31,496 nucleotides of DNA from the NCBI GenBank assembly GCA_043778225.1, contig JAYWGM010000035.1, positions 1 to 31,496 on the forward strand. Reading direction: 5' to 3'. This stretch comes from Deinococcales bacterium (GTDB lineage: Bacteria; Deinococcota; Deinococci; Deinococcales; JAAFIG01). Positions 18,668 to 28,516 of this stretch are shown one piece after another. The position numbers and the translations under genes were made by a program. How positions within the stretch are numbered: the first letter of the stretch is position 1; each line of letters starts with the position of its first letter. Under the pieces are notes generated by a model, which was given only the letters and a program-made list of their open reading frames with translations, had not been told where the DNA came from and searched no databases.

Positions 18668-20302
18668 CTAGCTGCAAACGCGGTTTTTTCCACTTCGTTT
18701 GGCTTGGTACATTTTTTCATCGGCTAAGGATAAGAGTTTTTCATGGGTCTGCACGGTGGTATCGCAGGCAATGCCAATACTGACCGTAACGATTAAATCT
18801 GGGTGGATGGTGTGCCAATTAAACTGCTCGACATTCTTACGCAAACGCTCACAAACGACCACAGCAGCTTGGGGTAAAACATTGGGTAGAACAATCACAA
18901 ATTCTTCTCCACCATAACGAGCCGCTAAGTCAGAAGGGCGCAACGCCTGATGCAGCAAAACACCAATTTCGCGCAAGACCTGATCGCCAATATGATGGGA
19001 AAAGGTATCGTTAATGTCCTTAAAATTATCAATATCAAGCATTGCAACTGGCAATAATGAAGCTGTTCTCGAGGCTCGTTGAAATTCTAAGGTCAAGCGC
19101 TCTTCTAGGTAGCGACGGTTAAAAAGTTTAGTTAAAGGGTCACGAATCACCTGTTGCTGTAATTCAAAGGTGGTAATTCTTAGCTGCCCGAGCAATTCGG
19201 TTTTTTCGCGGCTACTGGCTTCGAGGGCTGCCAAGGCTTGGGCTAATTCAAGGTTGCGGGCTTTATGGTTTTCGGTTTCTGCACGGGCTTTCTCGAGACC
19301 AATTTGCACTTCAAAAGCTCGGGTGGCTTTATCGGTGTTTTCATTGCGAACTTTTTGTTCTAAAATATAAAAACGCTGATGATGTTTTAAGGCTTCTTGG
19401 TAGGCTTGGGTGGCAATGCACAAGTCACAAAGCGCCTTTTCAAAATCAATCTCGAGGGCTTTGTGTGATAAATCCTGAGCTTCACGCACCCCTTGCTCTA
19501 AAAAATCTCGAGCCGCACTAAATTCTTGCAGCTTAATATGGGCATGACCAAGATAGAGCAAAGTCGAAGCGGCAGCATCGGCATTGGAGACCTCAAGGCA
19601 CGCCGCTCTGGCTTGGTGCAGGACTTCAAGTGCCGCTTGGGGAGTCTCGAGTTCAAGCATCGCCTCGCCTAAATTGGCAAGATTACGGGCAGCATCGCCA
19701 CGAATACCAAGTTCGGTACAACGCGCATAGGCTTCTCGCATCAAGGCAAGACTGGTTTGGTCTTTGAATGCCGAAAAACGGGCTGTACCTAAGTTGGTCA
19801 GGGCGTGTATTTCACGCACGGCATCATGGCTGGCACGGCTGCGCTCTAGGGCTTCTTCAAAGACTGGAACGGCTAAAGTGAATTGTTGTGATTCAAAATG
19901 CAGCAATCCAATGTTAATTAAGCTACCGATAATGCCGCTTTCATCGCCAAGCAACATATTTAAGCGGTAGGTTTCTTCGACATAACGATTGCCCGTATTG
20001 AGGTCGCCCAAGCGCACCAATGCCGCACCAACAAGATTACTGCAATCGCGCTGTAACAAACGATCCTCGAGTCCAATCGCAATCTCGCGTCCATCCAACA
20101 TATGTTGCAGGGTTTTTGGGAAATCGCCCGTGCAAAAAGCATAATACCCTTTGTTGCGGAGGACATAACCTTGTACTTCTTGGGTATCGGCAAGTTGTTC
20201 GGCTTCTTGGGTTTGGGCTAAACAGGCTTGATGGTCACGCTGACGCAACGACCATGCCTCTCGAAGAAGCAACATGGCTTGTGCATCTGGGCTTGAGTTC
20301 AT
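18668..20302 (-). CDS. TPR-repeat diguanylate cyclase
   Basis: N-terminal TPR-like helices, coiled coil, DPLTKLFNRR, DIDNFKDINDTFSHHIGD, I-site RPSD and active site GGEEF. Confidence 0.93.
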   Translation of the reverse strand: MNSSPDAQAMLLLREAWSLRQRDHQACLAQTQEAEQLADTQEVQGYVLRNKGYYAFCTGDFPKTLQHMLDGREIAIGLEDRLLQRDCSNLVGAALVRLGDLNTGNRYVEETYRLNMLLGDESGIIGSLINIGLLHFESQQFTLAVPVFEEALERSRASHDAVREIHALTNLGTARFSAFKDQTSLALMREAYARCTELGIRGDAARNLANLGEAMLELETPQAALEVLHQARAACLEVSNADAAASTLLYLGHAHIKLQEFSAARDFLEQGVREAQDLSHKALEIDFEKALCDLCIATQAYQEALKHHQRFYILEQKVRNENTDKATRAFEVQIGLEKARAETENHKARNLELAQALAALEASSREKTELLGQLRITTFELQQQVIRDPLTKLFNRRYLEERLTLEFQRASRTASLLPVAMLDIDNFKDINDTFSHHIGDQVLREIGVLLHQALRPSDLAARYGGEEFVIVLPNVLPQAAVVVCERLRKNVEQFNWHTIHPDLIVTVSIGIACDTTVQTHEKLLSLADEKMYQAKRSGKNRVCS

Positions 20303-20315
20303 AAAAAGCCCCGTT

Positions 20316-21560
20316 CTACTTGGTAAATTTATAAAAGTCTAAACGATTAGAGAGAATCCTCAGGCAAAGACAATCGGTTGGCATCGGTAGACCATAGTTA
20401 AGCGCATCATCCATTTCCTCGAGGGCTTTTTTGTCGTCCGATAAACCCAAAGCAAAAGCGGCTGCCACCAAAGGGGTCGCCATGGATGTACCACTCCAAG
20501 CCGCCTGACGATTCTCGGGGTACGCCGACCAGATGTTATCACCAGGGGCAAAGATTTTTAACTCTGTGCCGACATTGGAATACTTGGCTCGCTTATCGCT
20601 AAGGGTAGATGCACCAACCGATGTGATGTTTTTAGTCCAGAGCAGACTTTTAGCCAGATTAGCAGGAAATCCAACCGAATTTTTACCATCATTACCACTG
20701 GCAATCACAACATAGATACCACTTTTGGCGGCAGCTTGGATTGCTTTAGCGAGTGGGTCACTGACTTTACTACCTAAAGATAAATTGATGACTTTTGCCC
20801 CACGGGAACGCGCCCATTCAATCGCACGAATCACATTGCTAATGTCGCCATAGCCAGACGAATCAAGCACCCTGAGTGGCATGATTTTTGCGTTAGGTAC
20901 AACTTGGGCAATAATTCCAGCCACCGCAGTTCCATGTCCAAAAGGACCAGTACCTTCGACTTCTTTTGGTTCGGGGTCTTCGTTGGAAAAATCGTACATA
21001 TCCGAAGCTGCCACCAAGCGCCCTGCAAACAAGGGGTGTTTAAGGTCAATGCCGGTGTCAATCACTGCAATGGTTATTCCAGCCCCACGGCTTGCTGCTC
21101 GAGCCACGGCAGAGGGAAGTCGTGTTAAATCCCAAATACGCTGATTTAAGTTATCAATGTTTTTACTGACTTGCCCAGTAGCCCAGCTTGAAGTCCCAGT
21201 AGCCCATGAGCTTGTGCCATTGCTCCAAGTGGATGTTCCAAGTGCCATCACCGATGAAGCGGTCGAGTTTTTGTTGCTCGAGACCGAACCATTGTTTTGT
21301 GAGGCTTGTAATTCTAGGCGCTTTTGATTACTGCCGACCACAGCAAAACCCTCTTCGGGATGCCAGCTTAAAATTTTACCGCCATATGCCGCCGCGATTT
21401 GTTCTTGGTTGTCTGTACTCGTAATTTTAGCCGTGAGAACATACTCAAAATCCTGCTGACTGCTTGTTTGTTGGGTTGGCAGCGCACCGCAAGCCGATAG
21501 AAACCAAGCCGATAGCAGGCTGAGCAGAATGGGTTGTTTATTGAAGTAAAAGTTTTTCAT
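20316..21560 (-). CDS. S8 subtilisin-like serine protease, lipoprotein, with GTSxW heptad linker
   Basis: Lipobox LSAC-G and triad IDTG / HGTAVAG / GTSMATP. GGGAGA RBS upstream of ATG 21560. Confidence 0.92.
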   Translation of the reverse strand: MKNFYFNKQPILLSLLSAWFLSACGALPTQQTSSQQDFEYVLTAKITSTDNQEQIAAAYGGKILSWHPEEGFAVVGSNQKRLELQASQNNGSVSSNKNSTASSVMALGTSTWSNGTSSWATGTSSWATGQVSKNIDNLNQRIWDLTRLPSAVARAASRGAGITIAVIDTGIDLKHPLFAGRLVAASDMYDFSNEDPEPKEVEGTGPFGHGTAVAGIIAQVVPNAKIMPLRVLDSSGYGDISNVIRAIEWARSRGAKVINLSLGSKVSDPLAKAIQAAAKSGIYVVIASGNDGKNSVGFPANLAKSLLWTKNITSVGASTLSDKRAKYSNVGTELKIFAPGDNIWSAYPENRQAAWSGTSMATPLVAAAFALGLSDDKKALEEMDDALNYGLPMPTDCLCLRILSNRLDFYKFTK

Positions 21561-21843
21561 GATTTGGAATATCTCCCGAAAATACAACTGAAAGTCATGG
21601 TACTAAAGTTCTCTTACAATGTACTTACGGCGACAAAAGAAATAAAAAGACCTCTAGGATTGCTTTTTTCTTTTGGATATACCAAGGCGACTGGTCAAAA
21701 ATCACACTGCGTTTGTACGAGTGTAGACTTTATAAATTGTAGTATAGCAAGTAAATCTTTGAGTAAATGTGAAAAAATTTACGCTAGAGGTATTCTGAAT
21801 TCTACGCCAAATAGCGCATTTCTCGAGCCACGCCTAAAATGCT

Positions 21844-22638
21844 ATGACTGTAGCCATGCGTTTATTCTGGGAAATTACCAAACGCGCCTTGGCTCGGCAT
21901 TTGACGTACCGCGTTGCCACAATCACAGGTTTAATCACCAATTTATTTTTTGGTGTCTTGCGTGCCAGTGTCCTCTTGGCGCTTTTGGGCAACTCGAACA
22001 GCGCCAACGGCTGGAATGCCCAAGACATCGTGACTTATGTGGCTTTAACCCAAGCCCTGATGATGGTGGTCTCGATTTTTGGCTGGTCTGAACTGATGAA
22101 CACGGTCTATCGCGGCGAAATTGCTGCCGAATTGCTGCGCCCAACCAGCCTGTATACTTTTTGGTTGGCTCAGGATGTTGGACGTGGTTTGACTGCCCTT
22201 CTGACTCGAGGCATCAGCATCATGCTGGTCTGTTGGCTCTTTTTTGCGATTCGAGTCCCCAACAATTTCTGGCAATGGTTAGCGGTACTTTTATCGCTTG
22301 GATTGGCAATGTGCCTCAGTTTTGCGTTTCGTTTTATCGTCAATTTAGCCGCCTTTTGGTCGCCCGATGCAAAAGGCATTGCCCGATTTGCATTTATTGT
22401 GCTTGGTTTTGCCAGTGGTTTTTTAATGCCCTTACGCTTTTTTCCAGATTGGCTACAGCAAATTTTGGCACTGACCCCATTCCCACACATGATGAACAGC
22501 ACGATCGAAATCTATATTGGCTCGAATAAAACCCTCGAGCTACTGGCTTTACAGCTTTTCTGGGCAATCGTACTGACTTTAATTGCCCAACTCATTTTGG
22601 CTCGAGCCACCAAAAGGTTAGTGATTTTAGGAGGATAA
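21844..22638 (+). CDS. ABC-2 type transporter permease (start may be 21856)
   Basis: Hydrophobic, with VYRGEIAAELLRP and ASGFLMPLRFFPDWL...LTPF, ending VILGG. Confidence 0.88.
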   Translation: MTVAMRLFWEITKRALARHLTYRVATITGLITNLFFGVLRASVLLALLGNSNSANGWNAQDIVTYVALTQALMMVVSIFGWSELMNTVYRGEIAAELLRPTSLYTFWLAQDVGRGLTALLTRGISIMLVCWLFFAIRVPNNFWQWLAVLLSLGLAMCLSFAFRFIVNLAAFWSPDAKGIARFAFIVLGFASGFLMPLRFFPDWLQQILALTPFPHMMNSTIEIYIGSNKTLELLALQLFWAIVLTLIAQLILARATKRLVILGG

Positions 22639-22641
22639 ACC

Positions 22642-23454
22642 GTGCTGCTCGAGAATTTACGACTTTACCGTTTTTTATTGCTGGCACAACTCCGCAGTGC
22701 TTTGCAGTACCGTCTGTCTTTTGGTTTGGATGTTCTCAGCACCAGTTTAGTGACGGTTACAGAGTTCGCGGCGTTTGTGCTGGTGTTCTCACGATTCGAG
22801 GGCTTGGGCGGTTGGACACTGGTCGAAATCATGTTTTTATACGGCTTGGTTGAGTTTACTTTTGGTTTAACCGATATGGTTTTTGATGGCTTTGACTCGC
22901 CAACCTTTTCCCAACATATTCGCAAAGGTACACTCGACCAGTTTTTGCTGCGTCCTGTCAACCTGATGATTCAGATTTTTGGTTCGTCTTTGTCTTTTCG
23001 GCGTATCGGACGGGTACTGTTTGGCGCGAGTATTTTTGCCTATGCGCTGCTGCATAACCCCCAAGTCTGGCAACTCGAGAAAATGCTCTACTTACCGCTT
23101 GTGATTTTTGGAATGGCTTTGTACTTTGGGGCGCTGTTTTTGATTGGCGCAAGCATCACGATTTTTACAGTAGACAGCACCGACGCAATGAATTTATTGA
23201 CTTATGGCGGTAAAGATATGATGTCTTATCCGATGAGTATTTACACCGATTGGCTAAGAGTTATGTTTACCTTTTTATTTCCAGTGGCACTTGTTAATTA
23301 TTACCCAGCACTCTTTTTTCTCGAGAAACCAGACCCGTTTGGCTTTCCGAGCTTTATGCCGTTTCTTGCGCCGTTGGCTGGAATAGCGATGTTTTTGTTG
23401 GCGCTCAGGTTTTGGAAATTTGGTTTAATACGTTATCAGGGTGTTGGGTCATGA
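22642..23454 (+). CDS. ABC-2 type transporter permease
   Basis: LQYRLSF, LGGWT, IRKGTLDQFLLRP, YPMSIY and ending RYQGVGS. Confidence 0.88.
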   Translation: MLLENLRLYRFLLLAQLRSALQYRLSFGLDVLSTSLVTVTEFAAFVLVFSRFEGLGGWTLVEIMFLYGLVEFTFGLTDMVFDGFDSPTFSQHIRKGTLDQFLLRPVNLMIQIFGSSLSFRRIGRVLFGASIFAYALLHNPQVWQLEKMLYLPLVIFGMALYFGALFLIGASITIFTVDSTDAMNLLTYGGKDMMSYPMSIYTDWLRVMFTFLFPVALVNYYPALFFLEKPDPFGFPSFMPFLAPLAGIAMFLLALRFWKFGLIRYQGVGS

Positions 23455-24455
23455 TTAAAGTCGAAAATTTATGCAAATACTTTGAAATTCGCAACCACCA
23501 TAAGAGCGGTTTAGCGGTGCTGCAAAACTTTTTTAAGCCCGACTCGAGAACCCTTAAAGCCGTGGACAACATTTCGTTTACGGTTAGTAAAGGCGAGATG
23601 GTCGGCTATTTAGGACCAAACGGTGCAGGCAAAAGCACCACCCTAAAAATGCTTTCGGGCTTACTTGTGCCAACTTCGGGGCGGCTCGAGGTGGCTGGTT
23701 TTGTGCCATGGAAATCACGCCAAGCCTATGTGGCACGAATCGGCGCGGTCTTTGGGCAGCGCAGCAGCCTGTGGTGGGATTTACCAGTTATTGAGAGTCT
23801 CGAGTTACTACAACACATTTATAAAATTCCAACGCCTCGCTTCTCGAGTAACCTCAAAGCATTTAAGAAATTGCTCGATTTGGACGAATTTATCACCTCC
23901 CCAGCCCGTTCTTTAAGCCTTGGGCAACGTATGCGGGCAGATTTATGTGCGGCGCTGCTGCACGACCCAGAATTGCTTTTTTTGGACGAACCAACGATTG
24001 GCTTAGATGTGGTTGCCAAAGAGCGAATTCGTGAATTTATGAAGCAAATTAACTCGGAGCGCGGCACAACCGTGATGCTGACCACCCACGACCTCAGCGA
24101 TGTGCAAAAACTTTGTTCTCGAGCCATGATTATTGACCATGGAAAATTATTATTTGATGGGCAACTCGAGGACTTGACCAGCAAATTTGGTGGACTGCGG
24201 CGTTTGATTCTGGATTTTGAAGACGCGCCACAAAGGCTCGAGGTGCAAGGTGCAAGCGTTGTTAGCCAAGCTGGCTCAAGGCTGACGCTCGAAATTTACA
24301 AAGAGACTGGCGTGATGGATTTGATTGCCCAAATTTCTCGAGCCTACAGCATTCGGGATTTACGCCTTGAAGAACCCGAAATCGAAGCCACAATTCGCCG
24401 AATTTATGAAGGGGATTTGCTGTCCGCCTCTGCTTTTGGCGCAAATACCAATTGA
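23451..24455 (+). CDS. ABC transporter ATP-binding protein
   Basis: ATGA overlap. Walker A GPNGAGKST, signature LSLGQ, Walker B LFLDEPT and H-loop TTHD. Confidence 0.95.
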   Translation: MIKVENLCKYFEIRNHHKSGLAVLQNFFKPDSRTLKAVDNISFTVSKGEMVGYLGPNGAGKSTTLKMLSGLLVPTSGRLEVAGFVPWKSRQAYVARIGAVFGQRSSLWWDLPVIESLELLQHIYKIPTPRFSSNLKAFKKLLDLDEFITSPARSLSLGQRMRADLCAALLHDPELLFLDEPTIGLDVVAKERIREFMKQINSERGTTVMLTTHDLSDVQKLCSRAMIIDHGKLLFDGQLEDLTSKFGGLRRLILDFEDAPQRLEVQGASVVSQAGSRLTLEIYKETGVMDLIAQISRAYSIRDLRLEEPEIEATIRRIYEGDLLSASAFGANTN

Positions 24456-24463
24456 AACCTCAC
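24404..24463 (-). pseudogene. Probable N-terminal stub of a RelE/ParE toxin (19 codons)
   Basis: GTG overlaps the upstream TGA (GTGA) and reads MRFQLVFAPKAEADSKSPS*, resembling the first strand-helix of RelE/ParE. Confidence 0.5.
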
Positions 24464-24660
24464 CATTTGAAATGATGCTTTGCGGCGAGTTGCTCGATGC
24501 TGATGCAATCGCTTGGGTCAATAGGTTCGGTTAGAAGCTCAATGATTTCAGAACGCAACTCGAGACCTGCGTCGGGGTCTGTTTCACGCATGGTTTCTCG
24601 TACAGTTTCTTGAATAATAAAACGCAATTCGGCTACTGTTAAATCTGCGACTCGTTGCAT
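24460..24660 (-). CDS. Small antitoxin-like protein (66 aa)
   Basis: VADLTVAELRFIIQETVRE...DPDAGLELR...ISIEQLA resembles antitoxins found before RelE. TAGAAT -10 lies 7 nt upstream of the ATG. Confidence 0.7.
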   Translation of the reverse strand: MQRVADLTVAELRFIIQETVRETMRETDPDAGLELRSEIIELLTEPIDPSDCISIEQLAAKHHFKW

Positions 24661-24730
24661 ACCAAAAATTCTAAACCTTTGCCCTTAAAAAAGCGAATCC
24701 AGTCTCGAGTCTCTGGTATTCTAGTTGCTA

Positions 24731-25198
24731 ATGAAACGAGCCGTAACAATTCATACCGATGGCAGTTGCCTTGGAAACCCCGGGGCTGGTGGTTGGGCAG
24801 CCGTCCTCGAGTACCAACACAAAAATGGTCAGACCACAACCCTCGAGTTAAGCGGCGGTGAGGCGCACAGCACCAACAATCGGATGGAACTGAGCGCTGC
24901 CATCGGGGCGCTCGAGGCACTGAATAAGCCTTGTATGGTGACGCTCTACACCGATTCGCAATACCTGCGTAAAGCCTTTGAGGAGGGCTGGCTTAAAAGC
25001 TGGCAGCGCAACGGCTGGAAAACCAAAGATAAGCAACCAGTCAAAAACAAAGAACTCTGGGAGAAATTGCTGCTGCTCGAGGCACAGCATGAAGTCTCTT
25101 GGGCGTGGGTTAAAGGTCATGCGGGCAACGACCTCAACGAACGCTGTGACCAATTGGCTCGAGTCGCGGCACAAAAATATCGGGAGGCAGGAAAATGA
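24731..25198 (+). CDS. rnhA: Ribonuclease HI
   Basis: [34 protein letters not shown] and [12 protein letters not shown] motifs. Confidence 0.97.
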   Translation: MKRAVTIHTDGSCLGNPGAGGWAAVLEYQHKNGQTTTLELSGGEAHSTNNRMELSAAIGALEALNKPCMVTLYTDSQYLRKAFEEGWLKSWQRNGWKTKDKQPVKNKELWEKLLLLEAQHEVSWAWVKGHAGNDLNERCDQLARVAAQKYREAGK

Positions 25199-25644
25199 AC
25201 AACCAAACCGTCAGACGAATGCTTGGTAGTGGTCATGCTTTTGGGCAAGCAAACCAAATTTTAGCCAACCTCGAGCCAGAAATCGCGCTTAAAATTCCAG
25301 CCAATGCCGTTCACAGCATTGCGGGTCATGTGGCGCATATGGCATGGTGGCAACGGCAAATGCTACTCGATATTGAACTTGGCAAACGCCAACGCCAGAC
25401 AACCGACGAATTTCCCAACACGATTGCGCTCGAGGCTTGGGAGGCGGTGCAAAAAGATTTTCTGGATGGTCTCGAGCAACTAAAAAAATGCTGTGACGAC
25501 CCAGCCCTATTGCAGCAAAAATACATTCACACCTCCGAAACGATTGGCGAGGCGCTGCTGGATTTTGCACTGCATAACGCTTATCACCTTGGGCAGATTG
25601 TGCTGCTGAGGCGTTTGCAAGGTGCTTGGAGTCCTCAATCATGA
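25195..25644 (+). CDS. DinB/YfiT family protein
   Basis: [13 protein letters not shown] and HNAYHLGQI His motifs. ATGA overlap with rnhA. Confidence 0.9.
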   Translation: MNNQTVRRMLGSGHAFGQANQILANLEPEIALKIPANAVHSIAGHVAHMAWWQRQMLLDIELGKRQRQTTDEFPNTIALEAWEAVQKDFLDGLEQLKKCCDDPALLQQKYIHTSETIGEALLDFALHNAYHLGQIVLLRRLQGAWSPQS

Positions 25645-25812
25645 TTCGTTCGCTTGGCTACAGAACCGATTTATTCTTTCGTGGCTTTGAAGGCGAAATT
25701 CTCGAGGAAAATGACTTAAAAGTCTTGCCAACTTAATTGCTCGAGAATAGTAAACCCCTATTAGGATATTGCGCCAATATTGAGACTTTAGAAAGTAAAG
25801 TAGACTGTTGCT

Positions 25813-28506
25813 ATGCTTCGGCTTTTTGGCATGGTTTCGTACCAAGAAATTTCGATTACGCTTGAACGTGCCTTGTACTTGGTGGCACTGCTGGTCTGTC
25901 AAGACACTTGGGTGACTCGAGATGAAGCTAAGTTGCTGCTCTGGCACAATGATGCTGTCTACCCTGAGCGCTTGCGACAACTGCTCTATAAAACTAAACA
26001 CTTGCCTTATGGAACGCCTTTAGAAGTCACTCGGGCGCAGTTGCGTTATGTGGGGATGTCGGACATCACAGCCTTTCGCCAGTCAATCGCGGCTCAAAAT
26101 TGGCGAGCGGCGATTGACCTCTACCAAGGTGATTTATTGCAATACGCCAAGTTTGACAACCCCGAACTCGAGCAGTGGTTTACTTTTGAACGTGATGCTT
26201 TGCGCCATCAGTTTAGAAAAGCAGTTCTCGAGCAAATTTGGCGTGTTCAAAAACCCCAAGCGATGGTGTTGCTCGAGAATGCCTTGAAACTCGATGCTGA
26301 TTGTGGAGATTTTCAAGAAGCGCTTGGTCATTTTGGACAGACATTGCCAATAGCCATCAATCAAAATAAATTACCAGCCACAATCAATCACTTTATCGGC
26401 AGAGGACTCGAGTTGGATTCGATTTCAAAAATTCTTAGCAATCCTGATTGTCGGTTACTCAGTCTGGTTGGCATGGGTGGCATTGGCAAAACCCGCTTGG
26501 CACTCGAAGTAACCAAGCCAATGCCTAACACGGTTTTTGTGGACTTAGCCCGTTTAACAAACAGCCAAGATGTTCCAATGGCGATGCTCGAGGCATTAGG
26601 ACAACGTTCTAGCGAAAAACCACTAGAGCAATTGCTCGAGCTTTTAGAACAACAACAATTATTTTTGCTGCTCGATAATTTTGAACATTTAATGGCGGCT
26701 CGAACTGACATCGCTTTTTTACTGGAACATAATCAAACGGTGCGATTTTTAATCACCAGCCGTGAGAACTTGGGTTTAGTCCAAGAACAGGTTTTTGAAG
26801 TCCGAGGCTTTGCCATGCCAGACACCACTTTTGACTTTGAAGCACAAGATACAGCCCGACTTTTTTTACAGGCGGCACAGCGCAACGAAGCCAGTTTTCG
26901 TTTTTATAACAGCGACGAAGTACCTTTTAAGCGCATTATACAAGCCGTCAATGGTATTCCTTTGGGTTTAGAATTGGCTGCCAGTTGGACAAAAATTTTA
27001 AGCCTCGCCGAAATTGCCACCGAACTCGAGCAGAGCCTTGATGTTCTGAGCATCAATGCACCTGATATGCCGCAGCGTCATCAGAGTTTAGAAGCGGTGT
27101 TTACCTCGAGTTGGACATTATTAAGTCCCACCGAACAAAATGCCTTGGCGCAATTATCGGTTCTGCGCGGTGGTTTTGATAAAGTCATGGCAAACCAAAT
27201 TGCGGGTGCGAGCTTACAAAGACTGCTGCGCTTGGTCAATAAATCCTTAATTATTCGAGATGGACAGCGCTTTTATATGCACGAAATGATTCGCCAGTAT
27301 AGCCAAGAACAATTATCTCTCGAGCAAAAAGATATGGCTTTGCAGCAACTTGGTAAAATCATCTTTGATCTTTCTAAGCACTGGTATGAACACAGCATGG
27401 ATGCAACCCAAACCGAACTGAGCCAGCGACTCGAGTATGAAATTGCCAACATTCGCGTATTACTACAATGGATTTTACAAAACGACAGTCTACTTGGAGC
27501 AAGGATTGTCGGTAATCTCGAGCATTTCTGGTACTCAAGAGGTTATTGGCGCGAAGGAATTGATTTGGCAGCCCAATTTCTGGCTTTTTCTGGTCTGCCA
27601 GACAGCATTCGCTTACGGTTAATTTGGGTGCAAGTCACGCTGTACAAAGAATTAAGCGATTATGATTTATCTCGAGCCACTTTAAGTCAATACCATAGCC
27701 TTGCCAAGTTACTTGACGACCAAGCTGCCATTGCAGGGGCAGAGAAGTTTTTGGGCGTTCTCGAGTTAGACCAAGGTCATTTAGAACTTGCCAAAATTCA
27801 CTTAGAAAATGCCCAACAATTCTACCAAAAAGAAAATGACCAAAATAAGGTTGCTATTTGCCTTAATGACCTTGGGGCTGTGTATTATAGGCAAGATAAC
27901 CTTGAAACCGCCAAAGCACTGTTCACCCAATCATTGCACTTAAAGCAGCGTATTGGCGATAAGCAGGGCATTTCTTATGCAATCGGCAACCTTGCTAACA
28001 TCGCTGGGCAACAAAAAGATTTTGCGCTCGAGAAAACCCTGCAAGAAGAATCGTTGCGCCTAAAACGCGAACTGGGCGATCAAAAAGGCATTGGCTTGTG
28101 CTATCACTCGCTTGGTGCAAATGCGCTTGACCAAGACCAACTGGAGAGCGCGATACCGCATTTTTTAGCCTCACTCGAGATTTTTATGCGTTTAGGACAA
28201 CGTTATACCAGTTCAGTGATTTTAGAGGACTTCTCGAGAATTGCTGGAAAAACCAAGCAGTTCAAAACCGCAATTATTCTGGCGGCAGCAGCCAGTAATT
28301 TGGTCAGTCAAACTCGGCATAGTCCACCGGGAAACTGGACAGCCAAACACGATGATTTACGCCAAGCCAGCCAATTAAGCGACTTAGACATTCTCGCACT
28401 CGAGCTTCGCGGACAGAATTTAAGCCTACAAGAAGCTGTGGCGTTTGCACTGGCAAACAAAGACGCTTGGCTCGAGCCAGCAAAATCTACAGCCTCGAGC
28501 AGTTGA
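25813..28506 (+). CDS. wHTH/partial BTAD + NB-ARC (STAND) + TPR regulator
   Basis: VTRDEAKLLLW, LYQGDLL, FIGR, GMGGIGKT, LLLDNFEH, ITSRE, GIPLGLELAA, HEMIRQY and C-terminal TPRs. Confidence 0.9.
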   Translation: MLRLFGMVSYQEISITLERALYLVALLVCQDTWVTRDEAKLLLWHNDAVYPERLRQLLYKTKHLPYGTPLEVTRAQLRYVGMSDITAFRQSIAAQNWRAAIDLYQGDLLQYAKFDNPELEQWFTFERDALRHQFRKAVLEQIWRVQKPQAMVLLENALKLDADCGDFQEALGHFGQTLPIAINQNKLPATINHFIGRGLELDSISKILSNPDCRLLSLVGMGGIGKTRLALEVTKPMPNTVFVDLARLTNSQDVPMAMLEALGQRSSEKPLEQLLELLEQQQLFLLLDNFEHLMAARTDIAFLLEHNQTVRFLITSRENLGLVQEQVFEVRGFAMPDTTFDFEAQDTARLFLQAAQRNEASFRFYNSDEVPFKRIIQAVNGIPLGLELAASWTKILSLAEIATELEQSLDVLSINAPDMPQRHQSLEAVFTSSWTLLSPTEQNALAQLSVLRGGFDKVMANQIAGASLQRLLRLVNKSLIIRDGQRFYMHEMIRQYSQEQLSLEQKDMALQQLGKIIFDLSKHWYEHSMDATQTELSQRLEYEIANIRVLLQWILQNDSLLGARIVGNLEHFWYSRGYWREGIDLAAQFLAFSGLPDSIRLRLIWVQVTLYKELSDYDLSRATLSQYHSLAKLLDDQAAIAGAEKFLGVLELDQGHLELAKIHLENAQQFYQKENDQNKVAICLNDLGAVYYRQDNLETAKALFTQSLHLKQRIGDKQGISYAIGNLANIAGQQKDFALEKTLQEESLRLKRELGDQKGIGLCYHSLGANALDQDQLESAIPHFLASLEIFMRLGQRYTSSVILEDFSRIAGKTKQFKTAIILAAAASNLVSQTRHSPPGNWTAKHDDLRQASQLSDLDILALELRGQNLSLQEAVAFALANKDAWLEPAKSTASSS

Positions 28507-28516
28507 TTGTCACCCC

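Noticed and set aside
21534..22091. 185-aa plus-strand ORF across the AT-rich intergenic region
   Set aside because: It overlaps the S8 start and lies out of frame over the permease, with no recognisable domain.
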